NCBI RefSeq assembly: GCF_009914755.1
Contig: NC_060927.1
From: the human T2T-CHM13v2.0 reference genome, Homo sapiens
Length of the DNA: 64,000 bases
Direction: 5' to 3' (one strand)
Each line of letters opens with the position of its first letter. Within the stretch, counting starts at the first letter, position 1. Under the pieces are notes generated by a model. It worked only from the letters and a program-made list of their open reading frames with translations, ran no database searches and was not told the origin of the DNA. Made by a program: the position numbers and the translations under genes. Below are positions 13,721 to 28,432 of this stretch, piece after piece.

Positions 13721-14141
13721 GAGAGAATATGTATATAAATATGGTATATACATGTAGTACCCCTATTTATATCTTTGGAGTGGAACTAGTATCTATATTA
13801 AGCCAGTCTGTTCAACTGTAAAAGTGATAATATGAGATTGATTGATTGATGCTATTAGAGCCTAGATTATTGTACCAACTTATTTTAGTACCATTATCCT
13901 CCCTCCTAAATTGTAACAAAATGCTCAAATAGAATTTTGGTTCTATGTCTTAGATAGCCCTTCTTCCCAAAGACTTCCCTGATCCCTCAAGATTTTATAT
14001 AGTTTTCATCATAATTTCAGAGCCATAATTATAGCATATTGTAGCTACTCACTTATTTGACTGCTTTGTCCTTGATTTCCTTGAGGGCATGGACTGCATC
14101 ATAATATTGACTTTTGTGTTTACACTGCTTAGGAAGACAGC

Positions 14142-14947
<806 letters not shown>

Positions 14948-15184
14948 ACCATCAACACATGGCATGTGCTCCATAAACATCTGTTCAATTAAAGAACCAT
15001 TAGATATTAGGCCTGAAAAATATCTGATAGAATTAATGGTTGTATGTAACTATTGAGGGTGATCCTGAGGGAGAAGTACAGGTAAAGAAAAATTACATAT
15101 TTCCTACCTGAAGGTGGGCCTGAAAAAAATGTGTAGGAAACACACACAGAGAGAGAGAGGGAGAATGAAAGAGAGAGAGAAACT

Positions 15185-15720
15185 CTAATTTTCTGGCTTA
15201 GATAATAGGAATGGATTTTTCTGGAATGGATAATAGGAAATATATAAAGAATATACTTATATACTCCTAATTTTGGACATGTTTGATAATAGGGTCTCTA
15301 TGGAACAACTGGGTAGAGGCAATGTAGGAGACAATAGAAATTTTGACTCAGGAAATCAGGGGACATACAGTGTAACCCAGTAGCCTTGATATATGAGGTT
15401 AGAACAGAAAATAGCTGGAGATAAGACTAGAAAGGCAGTGTGATGTTTCTTAAATGCCAAGGGAAGCCAAACCCAATGCTTTAGAAAGAGGTTGAGAAGA
15501 AAATTGAGGGTATTTGAGCTGGAAAAAATGTAATCAAGCTGATGCTTTAAGATTAATCTGGCAACCTTAAATAAAATGGATTGGTAAAAAGGAGGACAAA
15601 GCCAGAAACACCATTTAGACTTTAGAGATTACTTTCAAAGACTATCTCGTTTGATCCTCACAGCAATTTCATGAGGCAGGTAAGACAAAGCATTATCAAA
15701 GCCTATTTTTGTATCATCAT
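15185..15720 (-). mobile_element. L2 fragments followed by a MIR fragment
   Basis: 'ttttggacatgtttga' and 'gctttaagattaatctggcaacc' (L2 antisense), then 'tttgatcctcacagcaatttcatgaggcagg' (MIR antisense). Confidence 0.6.
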
Positions 15721-15883
15721 AATTCCACTTGTATCATATTGATGACTAGTTTAATCTACATTTAAAGCATTACATACAATTTGTAATAGACTTAACTTTT
15801 TACTGTTCTAATCAGTGTATTAAGATGCTTGGTCAAATTTCTTGCCCCTAGTGTTCAGAGATCATTTGTTAAAAGAAAATCAG

Positions 15884-16242
<359 letters not shown>

Positions 16243-17002
16243 TCAATCCTTGCATTACCAAATTGTCCTGAGAAGGGAAAAATAATATTTTATTATTATC
16301 AAATGGAATAAACATTATTTCTGTAAATTGAGTTTGATCAGATACTTTCATCAGAAATAGTCATTGTTATGATGGAGCCACATTTGTCCAAACTTATTAA
16401 CCAATAAAAGGCATTTGGATAAACCACTGCCAACCTTCTGCAGAAGTTCTCTCACAAAGAACTTTGAGATTTCAATATTGAATCTAATATCCATCTGACA
16501 AGCCTTTAAAAGCACAGAGCTTAAAAATCATATACTATGATGAAAGAGTCCCTGGGGCTAAATTTAGGGGCCAGCAAATCACCAGGAATGATTTGGTCAG
16601 AACAAGAGAAAGATAACTGGGAGAGTAGTCAGGTAAATCAGGTTAGGAGCTCAAGATTTCTCACCATTACTATTCCCAATTTAATTCTCTCCCTTTGATT
16701 TATGGGAGGCTTCTCTGAAGCATTTATGTGAATAATTCAGCACTTAGAGACACGAGATACAACGTAGGTCTATCTTCATATAGATTAAAACTGGTTCTAC
16801 AGCTGATGTCACTGATTTCAAGCTCATCTTGGGGTTCACTTTTGACTTAGTATTTGGTTTTCTAAATCACTAATCCAGGTAAGAACACTATTATTTTAGA
16901 CAAGTTTATTATTGGCAATGTATTTTTTCAAAATATGAATATTAGCAATTATTTAGGGGATTTCAGTATTTTAGTAACCGAGAAATGGCCAATATGACTA
17001 AA

Positions 17003-17160
17003 ACCTTATTGCTAAAAGCATGATTTGTGGACCAGCAGCGTCAGCAAACTGAAAGCTTATTGGAGAAGAAGAATGTACAGACCTCCCATGAACCTACTAA
17101 ATCAGAATCTGCATTTTCACAAGATCCCCAGATGCACATTGCAACTTGAGAAGATTGGAT
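17003..17160. mobile_element. MER5A-type hAT-Charlie DNA transposon relic
   Basis: 'tgtggaccagcagcgtcagca' and 'cctactaaatcagaatctgcattttcacaagatccccagatg'. Confidence 0.8.
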
Positions 17161-17879
17161 CTGAATTACAAACATTTCAGAAATTGCTTTAATTTTACTT
17201 CTTCAAAACTCTCTCAGCCAACGTTTCTTTGACATCATAAAAGTTCCAAGCCTCTCCAAATTTCTTATTTATTTTCCTTCTTTGATCAGTTTTCACTATC
17301 CTAAATAGCCAATCATCTGAAGGGTTTTCAGGCTCCTCATGCTGGAACACAGTGATTGAATGCATGTGAGGGCTTATTCTTCTCACAAAACAAACTTCTT
17401 GCTTGACTATACACATGCCACATTGCCTTTATTCCAGCTTAGTTTGACTTTGTTTAAATTTATACAAATCTTAATAAAGAAGGGAGAGGGTGCACAGTTG
17501 ACAGAAAGAATGAATTGGGATGAGTGAAATGCATTACAGCTCAGTATTTATTTCTCTCTGGTTCCACCTCATGGGTAATAATTTCAATTACCGTGTGTAT
17601 GATTTTAACCAATTTATGTTAACTAGACATTCATTCATGGAAAACAGAGAAACTGTGCAATTTAATAAATCACTTTCAATTTAACTCTCTGAATTTTCTC
17701 ACTCAGAGATGGCTTTGGTGTAGCATTTCCTCACAAGTAGAGAAGGGAAGCAGAAGTCTCTTCTGTAGTGATGTCTCTTTAAAAAAAAAAAAAAAAAAGG
17801 CCATCAGTTTGTTCTTCAGGGAGTGTAGGAAAGTTGGAGCTGGCATGGAATCTCCCTGAGGCCATCCCGCCCTGTCTAC

Positions 17880-18226
17880 CTAGATTGTCCACTTGTCCTG
17901 ATCCTGTTTGTTGCCTCCCACATCCACATCATTGACCTCTCCATCACCAGGTTACTCATTGAAATCATTCATGTCATCCATGTCCTGCATGTGCTCATCC
18001 TCCATTCTTTACTATCCTCCTCATCTTCATAGTCCTCCCCCTCATTCTCATGGTGCTTTGAGCCTGGCTCAGGCAACAGGTTGTTGTCTTTCTCTGTGAA
18101 GCTACAGGTCTCATGCTGCTGTTCCTGCTGCTGCAGCTCTGTCTCCTCTACACAGGTTCAATATAGATTTAAATCACAATGTATCAGTCACTTCTGAGGC
18201 AGGAGTGAGGGGAACAAGGTGGACAT
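17880..18226 (-). pseudogene. Processed pseudogene of ANAPC15 (anaphase-promoting complex subunit 15)
   Basis: With frame corrections the minus strand reads [78 protein letters not shown]. This is colinear with ANAPC15 as I recall it ([37 protein letters not shown]...MQDMDEMNDYNESPDDGEVNEVDMEGNEQDQDQWMI). It is intronless, with several frameshifts and in-frame stops. Confidence 0.93.
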
Positions 18227-18234
18227 GGCTTCTA

Positions 18235-18560
18235 GATTATTGACTGAACTTGGCCAAGTCGCTTAACCTCTCCAAACCTGAGTTTCATCATCGTGCCGGG
18301 AGGCAGCAGCTTGCAGTAATATCTTAGGCTATGGAGTATGCATGGTAGCAGGATGACAATAGGAATGAGTTGTTTTCAGTTTCCTGCAAGGCTATTCACT
18401 CTCAGCCTAGATGTTAGACACAAGGGAACTGGTGTGTACATACATAGAGATTTAGGAGACCTCAGTTCCAGTCCTGGCTTTACTACCATTTGCAACCCTT
18501 TGCCAGCCACACGTTTTTAGATGATCATTTAGCTTATCTAAGCCTCTATTTCCTAGGTGA
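18235..18560 (+). mobile_element. MIR SINE fragments
   Basis: 'cttggccaagtcgcttaacctctccaaacctgagtttcatcatc' and 'ggagacctcagttccagtcctggctttactac'. Confidence 0.7.
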
Positions 18561-18606
18561 GAAGGGAATCTTCACTTATATTCAATGTCTAATATGTATC
18601 ACATAC

Positions 18607-18886
18607 TGATATGGTTAGGCTTTGTGTCCTTACCCAAATCTCCCCTTGAATTGTAATTCCCATAATCCCCACATGTCAAGGGAGAGACCAGGTGGAGGTA
18701 ATTGAACCCTGGGGGTCACGGCCTTGTGAAGAAGGTGCCTTGCTTCCTCTTTGCCTTCTGCCATGATTGTAAGTTTCCTGAGCCCTACCCAGTCATGCTG
18801 AACTGTGAGTCAATTAAACCTCTTTCCTGTATAATTTACCCAGTCTCAAGCAGTTGTTTATAGCAGTATGAAAATGAGCTAATATA
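18607..18886 (+). mobile_element. THE1C/D MaLR solo LTR with internal deletion
   Basis: Starts 'tgatatggttaggctttgtgtcc', includes 'ctgtgagtcaattaaacctctttc', and ends 'gagctaatata'. 5-bp TSD catac (18602-18606 / 18887-18891). Confidence 0.92.
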
Positions 18887-18891
18887 CATAC

Positions 18892-19090
18892 CTTTTCATG
18901 CTTATATCAGACATTCTTCCTGGCAATTCTATAGGACTAACATTTACTTTTTAATAATGAGAAAATTGGTGCTTATAGAGGTTAAAAAAAGTTTCCTAAG
19001 ATCTCATAACCTGCAAGCAGTTGAGCAAGAATGCAAAGTCAGGTCTGTCTGGCTCCAAAGTCCTTTTATTTGTTTTTCCTCTAGACCAAT
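18892..19090 (-). mobile_element. MIR SINE (host of the THE1 insertion)
   Basis: 'atgagaaaattggtgcttatagaggttaa...aggtctgtctggctccaaagtcc'. Confidence 0.75.
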
Positions 19091-19170
19091 GCAATCTGCT
19101 GTGTACTGAATGTCGTAAAGTTCCAAGGAATTAATGAATGTAAAATAACTGTTGATAAAAGCAAAACACT

Positions 19171-20873
<1,703 letters not shown>

Positions 20874-21079
20874 AGGACTGGTTGCAATATTTTAATTAAT
20901 GTATTTTTTTATGGAATTACATAAGCAAAAAGTCATAGATTTCTGTAAATGACCCGAAGATGCTCATAGTCTGGTTGTGACAACTCTTCATGAAACAGAA
21001 AATGAATAAACCGTATTGTGTATGTTCAATCCAATGACTTAAACATGTGATAACACTGGCTTGGATTTTATAGGAGATG

Positions 21080-21400
21080 CAAAGAGGAAGAAAATGGGCT
21101 CCTTCTCTCAAGGAAAGTGCATTATGATGAAGCTGATAGGTAAAGAACTTGCTGTAAAACAAGACAGAATGAAATGAGTGTTAAATAGTGATACAAGCAG
21201 CATATTGAGGAAATACAAAGATCAAAACCCTGAATTCTGACAGAGGGTATCAAGGAAGAGTGTACAGAGTATATCTCTTTTATGAGTCGTAATAGATGGA
21301 CAGAGAATGTGAGAAAGTATTCCTGGTTGAGAAAAAAAATGGCAGGTAAAGGCACAGGAGCATGAAGGTGCACATGTGAAAAAGTGTTGAGTGGCAGTGG
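21080..21400 (-). mobile_element. L2 fragment
   Basis: 'gaaagtattcctggttgag...gtaaaggcacaggagcatga' resembles antisense L2. Confidence 0.55.
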
Positions 21401-23019
21401 TTACATCTGGGAAGGAAATGTCCCTGGAGAGGAAAAATGGAAAGACTTGCCAGTTTAACCATAACTATTTGGCATTACTGAGTTTTTTTCCCACCTGCAT
21501 TTAATGCCCTTTTGATTTTTTTTTCAATTTAAATGATGTCACATCTGAAGGAAAACAATGTGTTAGTTCGAGCAATGGGAAAAAAATTTTTCATTGTATC
21601 ATGTGCTAATTACAGGTACCAACAGTAAAACTGGAGGCTAGAAAAGCAGAAGGTTCCCCAAAAACAGAAATGTGCACAAAGGAGATTTGAGTTGACCTTA
21701 AATGACAGCTAAGTGATAATTAGATAGAGAGGAGAGAGAATGGAAAGAGAACTAAAATGATTTGTTATGTCAATCATGTCTTTTTGTCTGACCCAGTTTG
21801 CCTGAGTGGAATTGTGCAAACAATCCTGGAACATCTCTGCCACCGTGAGTATATATTGCCTTGGTTAAGTTTAAAAACACATGAAATGAAGCATGCTACA
21901 AAGAAATGGAGTGTTTTTCAATTTGGTCTTTAAAGTTCCTCCTTAGCAATTTATATCTTCTCTCCAACAGCTTAGAACAAATTTAAGTTCATGGCACTTA
22001 AGTTCACTTCTTTCTTTCCTTTATCTCTCACATTTCAATGTGAACACTGAACTTCCTAAGAGTAGAAAATCTGGATACTTATATTTGAATTTTTTAAAGG
22101 ATATTGTTATTGCATCATTAGTTTTTGACAAATACATACATGCACTTAAATAAAAAATAATAGTAAATCAATTCCTAAGTGACTGCTTAAAGATCACCCT
22201 GGAACAATAATGAAATGATCCAAAATATAAATCAACATTGGTTAAGTCTACGTTAAATACTACTAGCAGAACCTAGTGCATTTTCATGTTTCATCAAAAA
22301 TTAAGTCGATTATATCAATAGGCAGCGCTATTTACATTTACCTTTTAAATAATGCTTCACTCGTTCAGAAAAATGATGAGAATTTTACTAGCTCTATTAT
22401 TTTTAAGTCTCTGTTTTTCACCTCAATAATTGCATCTGTGAACCTGAATCCAAGTTTTTTAGGCCCTGGCACAGACCAATCCCTTTATTAGCAAGTGGGT
22501 CAGAATCTGCATATGGGCCTTACCATCTGCAAAAGGCAAACCATCTGGATGGAAAAGAAAGCTGACCTTAGAAAACCTGCTTTTCATTTAAAGTTAGACA
22601 TCCTAGAAATAACTTTCCTGTGTTACTGAGGTCTAGGTCTTCTCCTAGATGCCACGAGGGATAGTAAGTATGGTTGTTCATTAGGAAAGCAACCCACACT
22701 CAGGTCCTGCTACTAAGCCAGTTGGAGAAAAGTTAGATACTCTGATGATTTCCCAAATATGCCTACTCAAAATTGAGAGACCAAAACGTAGTTAATGGAG
22801 TATAGAATATGCACACTCCTTGCCTAATGGTTCAAATGTGGACAATGAGTAAAAAAACATCTTCCTCTCTCAACATTCCATTCTGCCAAGAATCTTTTTC
22901 AGATCTCTCAACAAATCAAACAGCATCACCCTCTGTCTTATACCCCACATCTGAGATTCATCCCCATACATTATTTACTCAATCCTGGCTCCTGAGACCC
23001 CAGCAAGGTCTACAGCCCA

Positions 23020-24070
23020 AGTAAGTCAGATCTAATCAGAAAAACAGAATTCTCTCCAGGGATGTACTAGTCAGGGTTTTCTAGAGGGACAGAACTAATA
23101 GGATATATATATATATATATGAAAGGGAGTTTATCAGGGAGAATTGACTCACACAATCATAAGGTAATGTCCCACTATAGGCCATCTGCAAGTTGAGGAG
23201 CAAGGGAGTCAGTGGTGGATCAGTCTGAGTGCCAACACCTCAAAAGCAGGAAAGCCGACAGTGCAGTCTTCAGTATGTGGCTGAAGGCCCAAGAGCCCCT
23301 GGCAAACCTCTGGTGTAAGTCCAAGAGTCCAAAAGCTGAAGAACTTGGAATCTGATGTTCAAAGGCTGGAAGCATCCAGCGCAGGAGAAAGATGAAGGCC
23401 AGAAGACTCAGCAAGTCAAGTCCTTCCACCTTCTTCTGCTTGCTTTATTCTAGCTGTGCTGGCAGCTGATTAGATGGTGCCCACACAGATTGAGGGTGGG
23501 TCTGCCTCTCCTACTCCGCTACTCAAATGTTAATCTCTTTTGGCAACACCTCACAGACACACCCAGGAACAGTACTTTGTGTCCTTCAATCCAATCAAAC
23601 TAACACTCAATATTAACCATCCCAAGGGAGTTCAAAAGATGACTTAAATACAGAGAACTAATTACAAAATTGTTGGAAGAGATGCAAAACCAGAAGGGGT
23701 GATGAGAGAATCCATGTTAGCAACAGCAGAAAGTCACTACCACCCTGGGGTTTCAGGAATAAAAAAAGGAACATGGAATTACTAGAATGCAGAAGACAGG
23801 GATGGCCAGTAGAACTGGAACCACAGAGAGAAGTACTGATGGGTAAGCTGGTTCTGCAAAAAGAAACACAGCCATTACCATAAATATCTCCCAAGTCAGA
23901 GAGCAAAAAGGGGAAGAAAATTCTGGCTTTTTGACTTCTCTACCTTGCATTCTCCTGCCAATTTCATGCATAGGCTGAACCAAATAGAAACCACCAGAGC
24001 CAACTCCTTGTGATCGAGGATAGAGCAGAAGTGTGAAGATGGATCTGAGCAAACACTAAATAACTGACCT
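23020..24070 (-). mobile_element. Ancient LTR (family unresolved) hosting the MLT2A insertion
   Basis: 'ctaatcagaaaaacagaattctctccaggga' continues after the MLT2A. 'ttagcaacagcagaaagtcactaccaccc' and 'cataggctgaaccaaatagaaaccaccagag' resemble old ERVL/Gypsy-class LTRs. Confidence 0.45.
23063..23624 (-). mobile_element. MLT2A2-type ERVL solo LTR
   Basis: Runs from 'tgtactagtcagggttttctagagggacagaactaatagg(at)n' through 'cacagacacacccaggaaca' to 'tattaaccatccca'. 5-bp TSD aggga (23058-23062 / 23625-23629). Confidence 0.92.
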
Positions 24071-24449
24071 AGTCTTGTTTTTACCCAGGACTAGAGATCA
24101 GACACTTATTTCACATCCTTCCCCCACAGGTCCTTCAGAAAGACATCTGAGGCCCACACACAAGAATACCCTAGAGTAATAGCTTTTATGAGTCTATATC
24201 TTCTTGAGTGAGTAATATTTTTCTCCCCAAACATCAATTGAGATTTGCTGCAGAGCCTAACATGTGGCAGCTGCTGAAGAGTTCCTCCACCTAATGATTT
24301 CAGCCAGGAACCACAATCTCATCACTGTTGTGGAGTCTACACCCTGGCTTTAGAACTTAGCAAGAACCCTTATCCCACCAGTGCATCTGAAGTCCCTGAT
24401 GCCATTGTATTTGTGCAATGGACCTGCAGATGTTCCAGTTCTCCAAATC

Positions 24450-24580
24450 GTATTGCATTTGGTCAGGATAACCATCTCTAGCTGCCACCATAAAGATACA
24501 CCAAATTCTCAGTGGCCTAACATGATAGAGGCTTATTCCTCACTTGCACAGTCTAGTGTGGGTCAGGATCTTCCCTCCAC
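24450..24580 (-). mobile_element. Old MLT1 (J/K/L-type) LTR fragment
   Basis: 'ccaaattctcagtggcctaacatgatagaggcttattcctcac'. Confidence 0.55.
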
Positions 24581-26169
24581 GTTGAAGCAAAGCCATTTGG
24601 GTCACATAGCCTATGCAGTAGCTCAGCAACGTCTTTTCTCCTACACCTAAAGATTCATCCCCAAGTATTGCCTTACCCAATTTTGGCTCTATACTCAAAA
24701 ATCTATAATAAAATGGTCATTTATGCCATTATCAACTTTGACAGGAGGCAAGATCAGTGATCAAGAAAACTGTGCAGTTCTGGCACCTCACCCAGAAGCA
24801 AGAATGGAATAAAAGAGCAGATAAAGAGGACTGGAAACCCAGATTCACTGGCCCAAAGATTTGGAAATATCTGGCAGCATCATGGTCCAAACCTTGGTCA
24901 GTTAAGCCCGACTCTTTTATTGAAATTGTTATCCCCTACTTAGTCCTGCCACTTGGCCACTGCCCAAACTACTCAATGGTCCTGTGCCCTGACCTATGAC
25001 CACACTAGCTCCTATAAGGCCGAAGCTCGCCATACTAGCACATACTGGTGCCATCTCTGCCAGCTGTCACCATTATTGCCTACATATCCTGCCCAACCAA
25101 TCACCATAATCATATCACTTGCTAAATTTGTGCCAAGTCTCCAGACATATACTCTCTCTGCAAGGAAGGGTTTTCAGACAAAGAAATCAAACAGCTATGT
25201 CCTATAGTGAATAACGCTACCACGTAATCAATCAGTGCCTGAGTTCTGGTTTTCCCCAGAGAGTTTACTGCCTATTTGAAATGAAGGCTGAGGTCAGTAT
25301 ACTGATATAATCTTTGAGACACAAAGAAGCATCATCAGAGGATCTCCGTCCTCAGGGAACCTGGTGTTTTTTGTCAAACAAACAACATTTAAATAAAAAT
25401 ATAAACACCAGAATGGTGAGCTCTTCCACTCTCAATGGAGTAGCCGCCTGCATCCCTTTACCCATAAGGATTTTTTTCCTCAGATACCTTGTTGATCTCT
25501 GATCCCTTGAACCAGAACCAGTAATTATTAAACCAGTTTGCTAGGGCGCCTACAAGCTATCCAGGAAACTAAGGAATAGACAATAATCTTCTGGATGCGG
25601 CGAGTCAGTAAAAGCATTTAATGATGTCATTTGATCTGTGAAATGCCCAAGGTCACGTAATTCTTCATGTATAAATTACCTTGTAGTACTTCGTAAGAAA
25701 GGCTGAAATCAGTGACCATATAGATTGTTGCTCACTCTCCTGACCCCTTGATTCCCTGTATTTTATTTCTGACTTGCTCCCTGATATAGACATCACTCTT
25801 TTCCTGCAGTGATTGTGTTCTTCATCTAGATGGTGCACATTTTTTCCCTTATACATGTAGATAAAACTGTTCCAGCATGTTATCAATGAGCTTTTCTGAC
25901 TCCATGAAGCGTCTGGCAATCTAATCTCCCAGTGTGTCTTTTTGCTTTTTTTCTCCTTTTAAAGTCAGTGTTTAGTTTTTGTCAAAGTTATACATTCACA
26001 GGCTTTAAAGACTCACATAATACTAAAAGTCATATAAGAAAAAACAGCAGCCAGCCACTATTATCAGATTTTTATCTCCAGAGACAACCAATTTCTACTT
26101 TTTTATTATTTTATGTGGTGTTTACCTTCATATTTATAAATATGCTTGCATTGTCTCTTTAACTCTCCA

Positions 26170-26370
26170 ATTTTTTATTTTGAAAATTTTCAAATCCATA
26201 GAACTGAAAGAAGGGTATCTCTCCGAATTTCACCAATTGTTAACATTTTACCACACTTGTTTCTCTTTTCAATGACCTATTTAGATGTAAGTTGCAAATA
26301 TTATGACATTTTACAGTAAAATACTTGAGCACATATTCACTAAAATAAGGGATTTCTTCTCTATAACATC
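26170..26370 (-). mobile_element. L1MB/L1MC-type 3' end fragment
   Basis: 'ttttattttgaaaattttcaaat', 'tcaccaattgttaacattttaccacacttg' and 'gtaagttgcaaatattatgaca'. Confidence 0.65.
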
Positions 26371-28298
26371 TCCTGGCTTTTGATGACACAGGCTACATTA
26401 ACAAAGCCCCAACTCATAAATCATAGAACAATGGCCTAGTGGAACATATCTACTGATCACAGAGGATCTTTATTCCTATAGTGCATAATAGTTCGTTTTT
26501 GGCCCATCTACTTTGATACCATAGAATTTGAATATACCTCCTTACATTCCACTACCTATGATATTCTTTCCCATAGAAATAATGAGCTTCATTTTCACTG
26601 CTTTCCTTCAACCCTAGTGCTACATATATACTCTACATCTATTAATAACTTCCAGGTAGTTTCTTTAACAAGTGACCTGGAAGGACCTCAAATATACTTT
26701 CAAGTGCACAGGAATGGTATTAAGCAGCACCAAGCCTTGGCTGTTAAGTGTTCTTTGGGCCTTCTTGTGTGATATCCACACTTACCTTCATGCTAAAAGC
26801 AGAAGAAACTGAGCATAATGGCAGCTATAAACCTTTTTCTTTCTAATTCTACTTTTCTCCCTTCAAGCATCTCCATGTCATCATTCATAAATGTACTGTA
26901 ATTCAGACTCCAGAGGCCCTCTTGAGTAATGCAAGATGGGAAAACACCATATGTTGCACAGAAAATGGTGCTTTATCCCAACTTGTTTTTTCTAGAGGGA
27001 CCAGTAGAAAACATCCTTCTTTTTCTGAAATTTGGAACATCTCTTAGAAGACTAGTTTAGTCGTCATTCCATGAAGACTAAAGCATTTCTCCATATCTGG
27101 GAAATGATGTGGGGAAGTAGTACATGAGTCAACCTAGAAACCCCGAGTTTCCTAGGGCAGGCAATCCAGGTGTCTCCTCTATCCTCCTTCCCCCGTCTAC
27201 TCAGGACTTGAGGCAGGGGAGGAGACTTACAGACTCATGCTCCTGAGACCCTCAAGTTTATCCTCAATTGAAGGCATGAAACAATGACTTACCAGGATCT
27301 GATCAGAGGCCAGACAAGAGATCAAGTGAAGAACAAGAGATGGAATGTGCATTGCTGGAATATTTAGTAAAGTAAGTCTGAAAAATTAGGTATCTGGTCA
27401 GACGGCCCTTTCATTTGGAGTCCAGCATGGGCAGCCAGTACGAGGGCAAAATCTTGAGTATTTTATGGGCAAGAAGGTTGATCTTTGATTTTTGTTTTTC
27501 TTTTGGATGTTTGTTAACCATATATCTTTTCCTTTGGCCAATAAAAATTCAAATCATTTATAACAATGCATGCTTAGGGTGTTTTCAATGTCTATTTAAC
27601 CTTCCTTGAACAGAGAAAGCTTTTGATTGTATCTCAAGTGAGAATCCGTAAGAGCTCACTGACAACTTATAAAAGGAGAAGTCATTAGCTCTCCTTCACA
27701 ATGATCCTTCTACTCCAAGAATTTTGACCAAAGGTTAGCTTGGCATTTCAGTTTTCCCAGTCATCTTTTATTTTCCTACCTCTCTCTCCATAAGCTGAGT
27801 CAGAAAGAGTAACTAGAGCATCCCAAGCATTTCTCCACCAGAAGAATGATTTTTCTACCTGTTTTTTATCAGTAAGAGAAATTACTTTCTATATTTAGCT
27901 CCTGCTTATTTTTTCCCAAGAGAAACCCAAATTTATTCTTTCCAAAGAGCACATTAGCTGTGCATTTTACAAACTTCATGTACATGTAATACTTCCTATA
28001 GCAACTATTATACACAAGATCCAAAACAACTGCTTTCTAAAACCGTCACCTCCTTAAAGAGATGGTAAAACCTCAATTTATATAAAACATTCTAGATTTC
28101 ATATAAATCAAACTTAAAAATGATTAAACGGAGAAGAAATGTGGAATCAGAATAAGGGAAAATGATAAATTAAGTCATATTGCTGAGTTCAAAATATATA
28201 TTGTGGACATGGAAAAAAAAGCTTTAAAATTGGACTTCACATGAAACACATTTCCTTAACTTTACTGAGTTACTTTGAAACTCTGGTATGAATTTCTA

Positions 28299-28432
28299 CA
28301 GTCCTATTTCTCAAAGTGTGCTCCACAGATCAACAATATCAATATTTCCATTATGCGTATGTATAACATCTGATTCCTACTCCAGATGGATGCCTGGTGA
28401 TTCTCACCCAAACTAATGTTTGAGAACCATTA
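28299..28432. mobile_element. MER5-type DNA transposon relic
   Basis: Ends 'tttctcaaagtgtgctccacaga' and 'gtttgagaaccatt' form the typical inverted termini. Confidence 0.6.

Noticed and set aside
17781-17798. A18 tract as the poly(A) tail of the ANAPC15 retrocopy
   Set aside because: It is on the wrong strand, because a minus-strand retrocopy tail would read as poly(T) on +.
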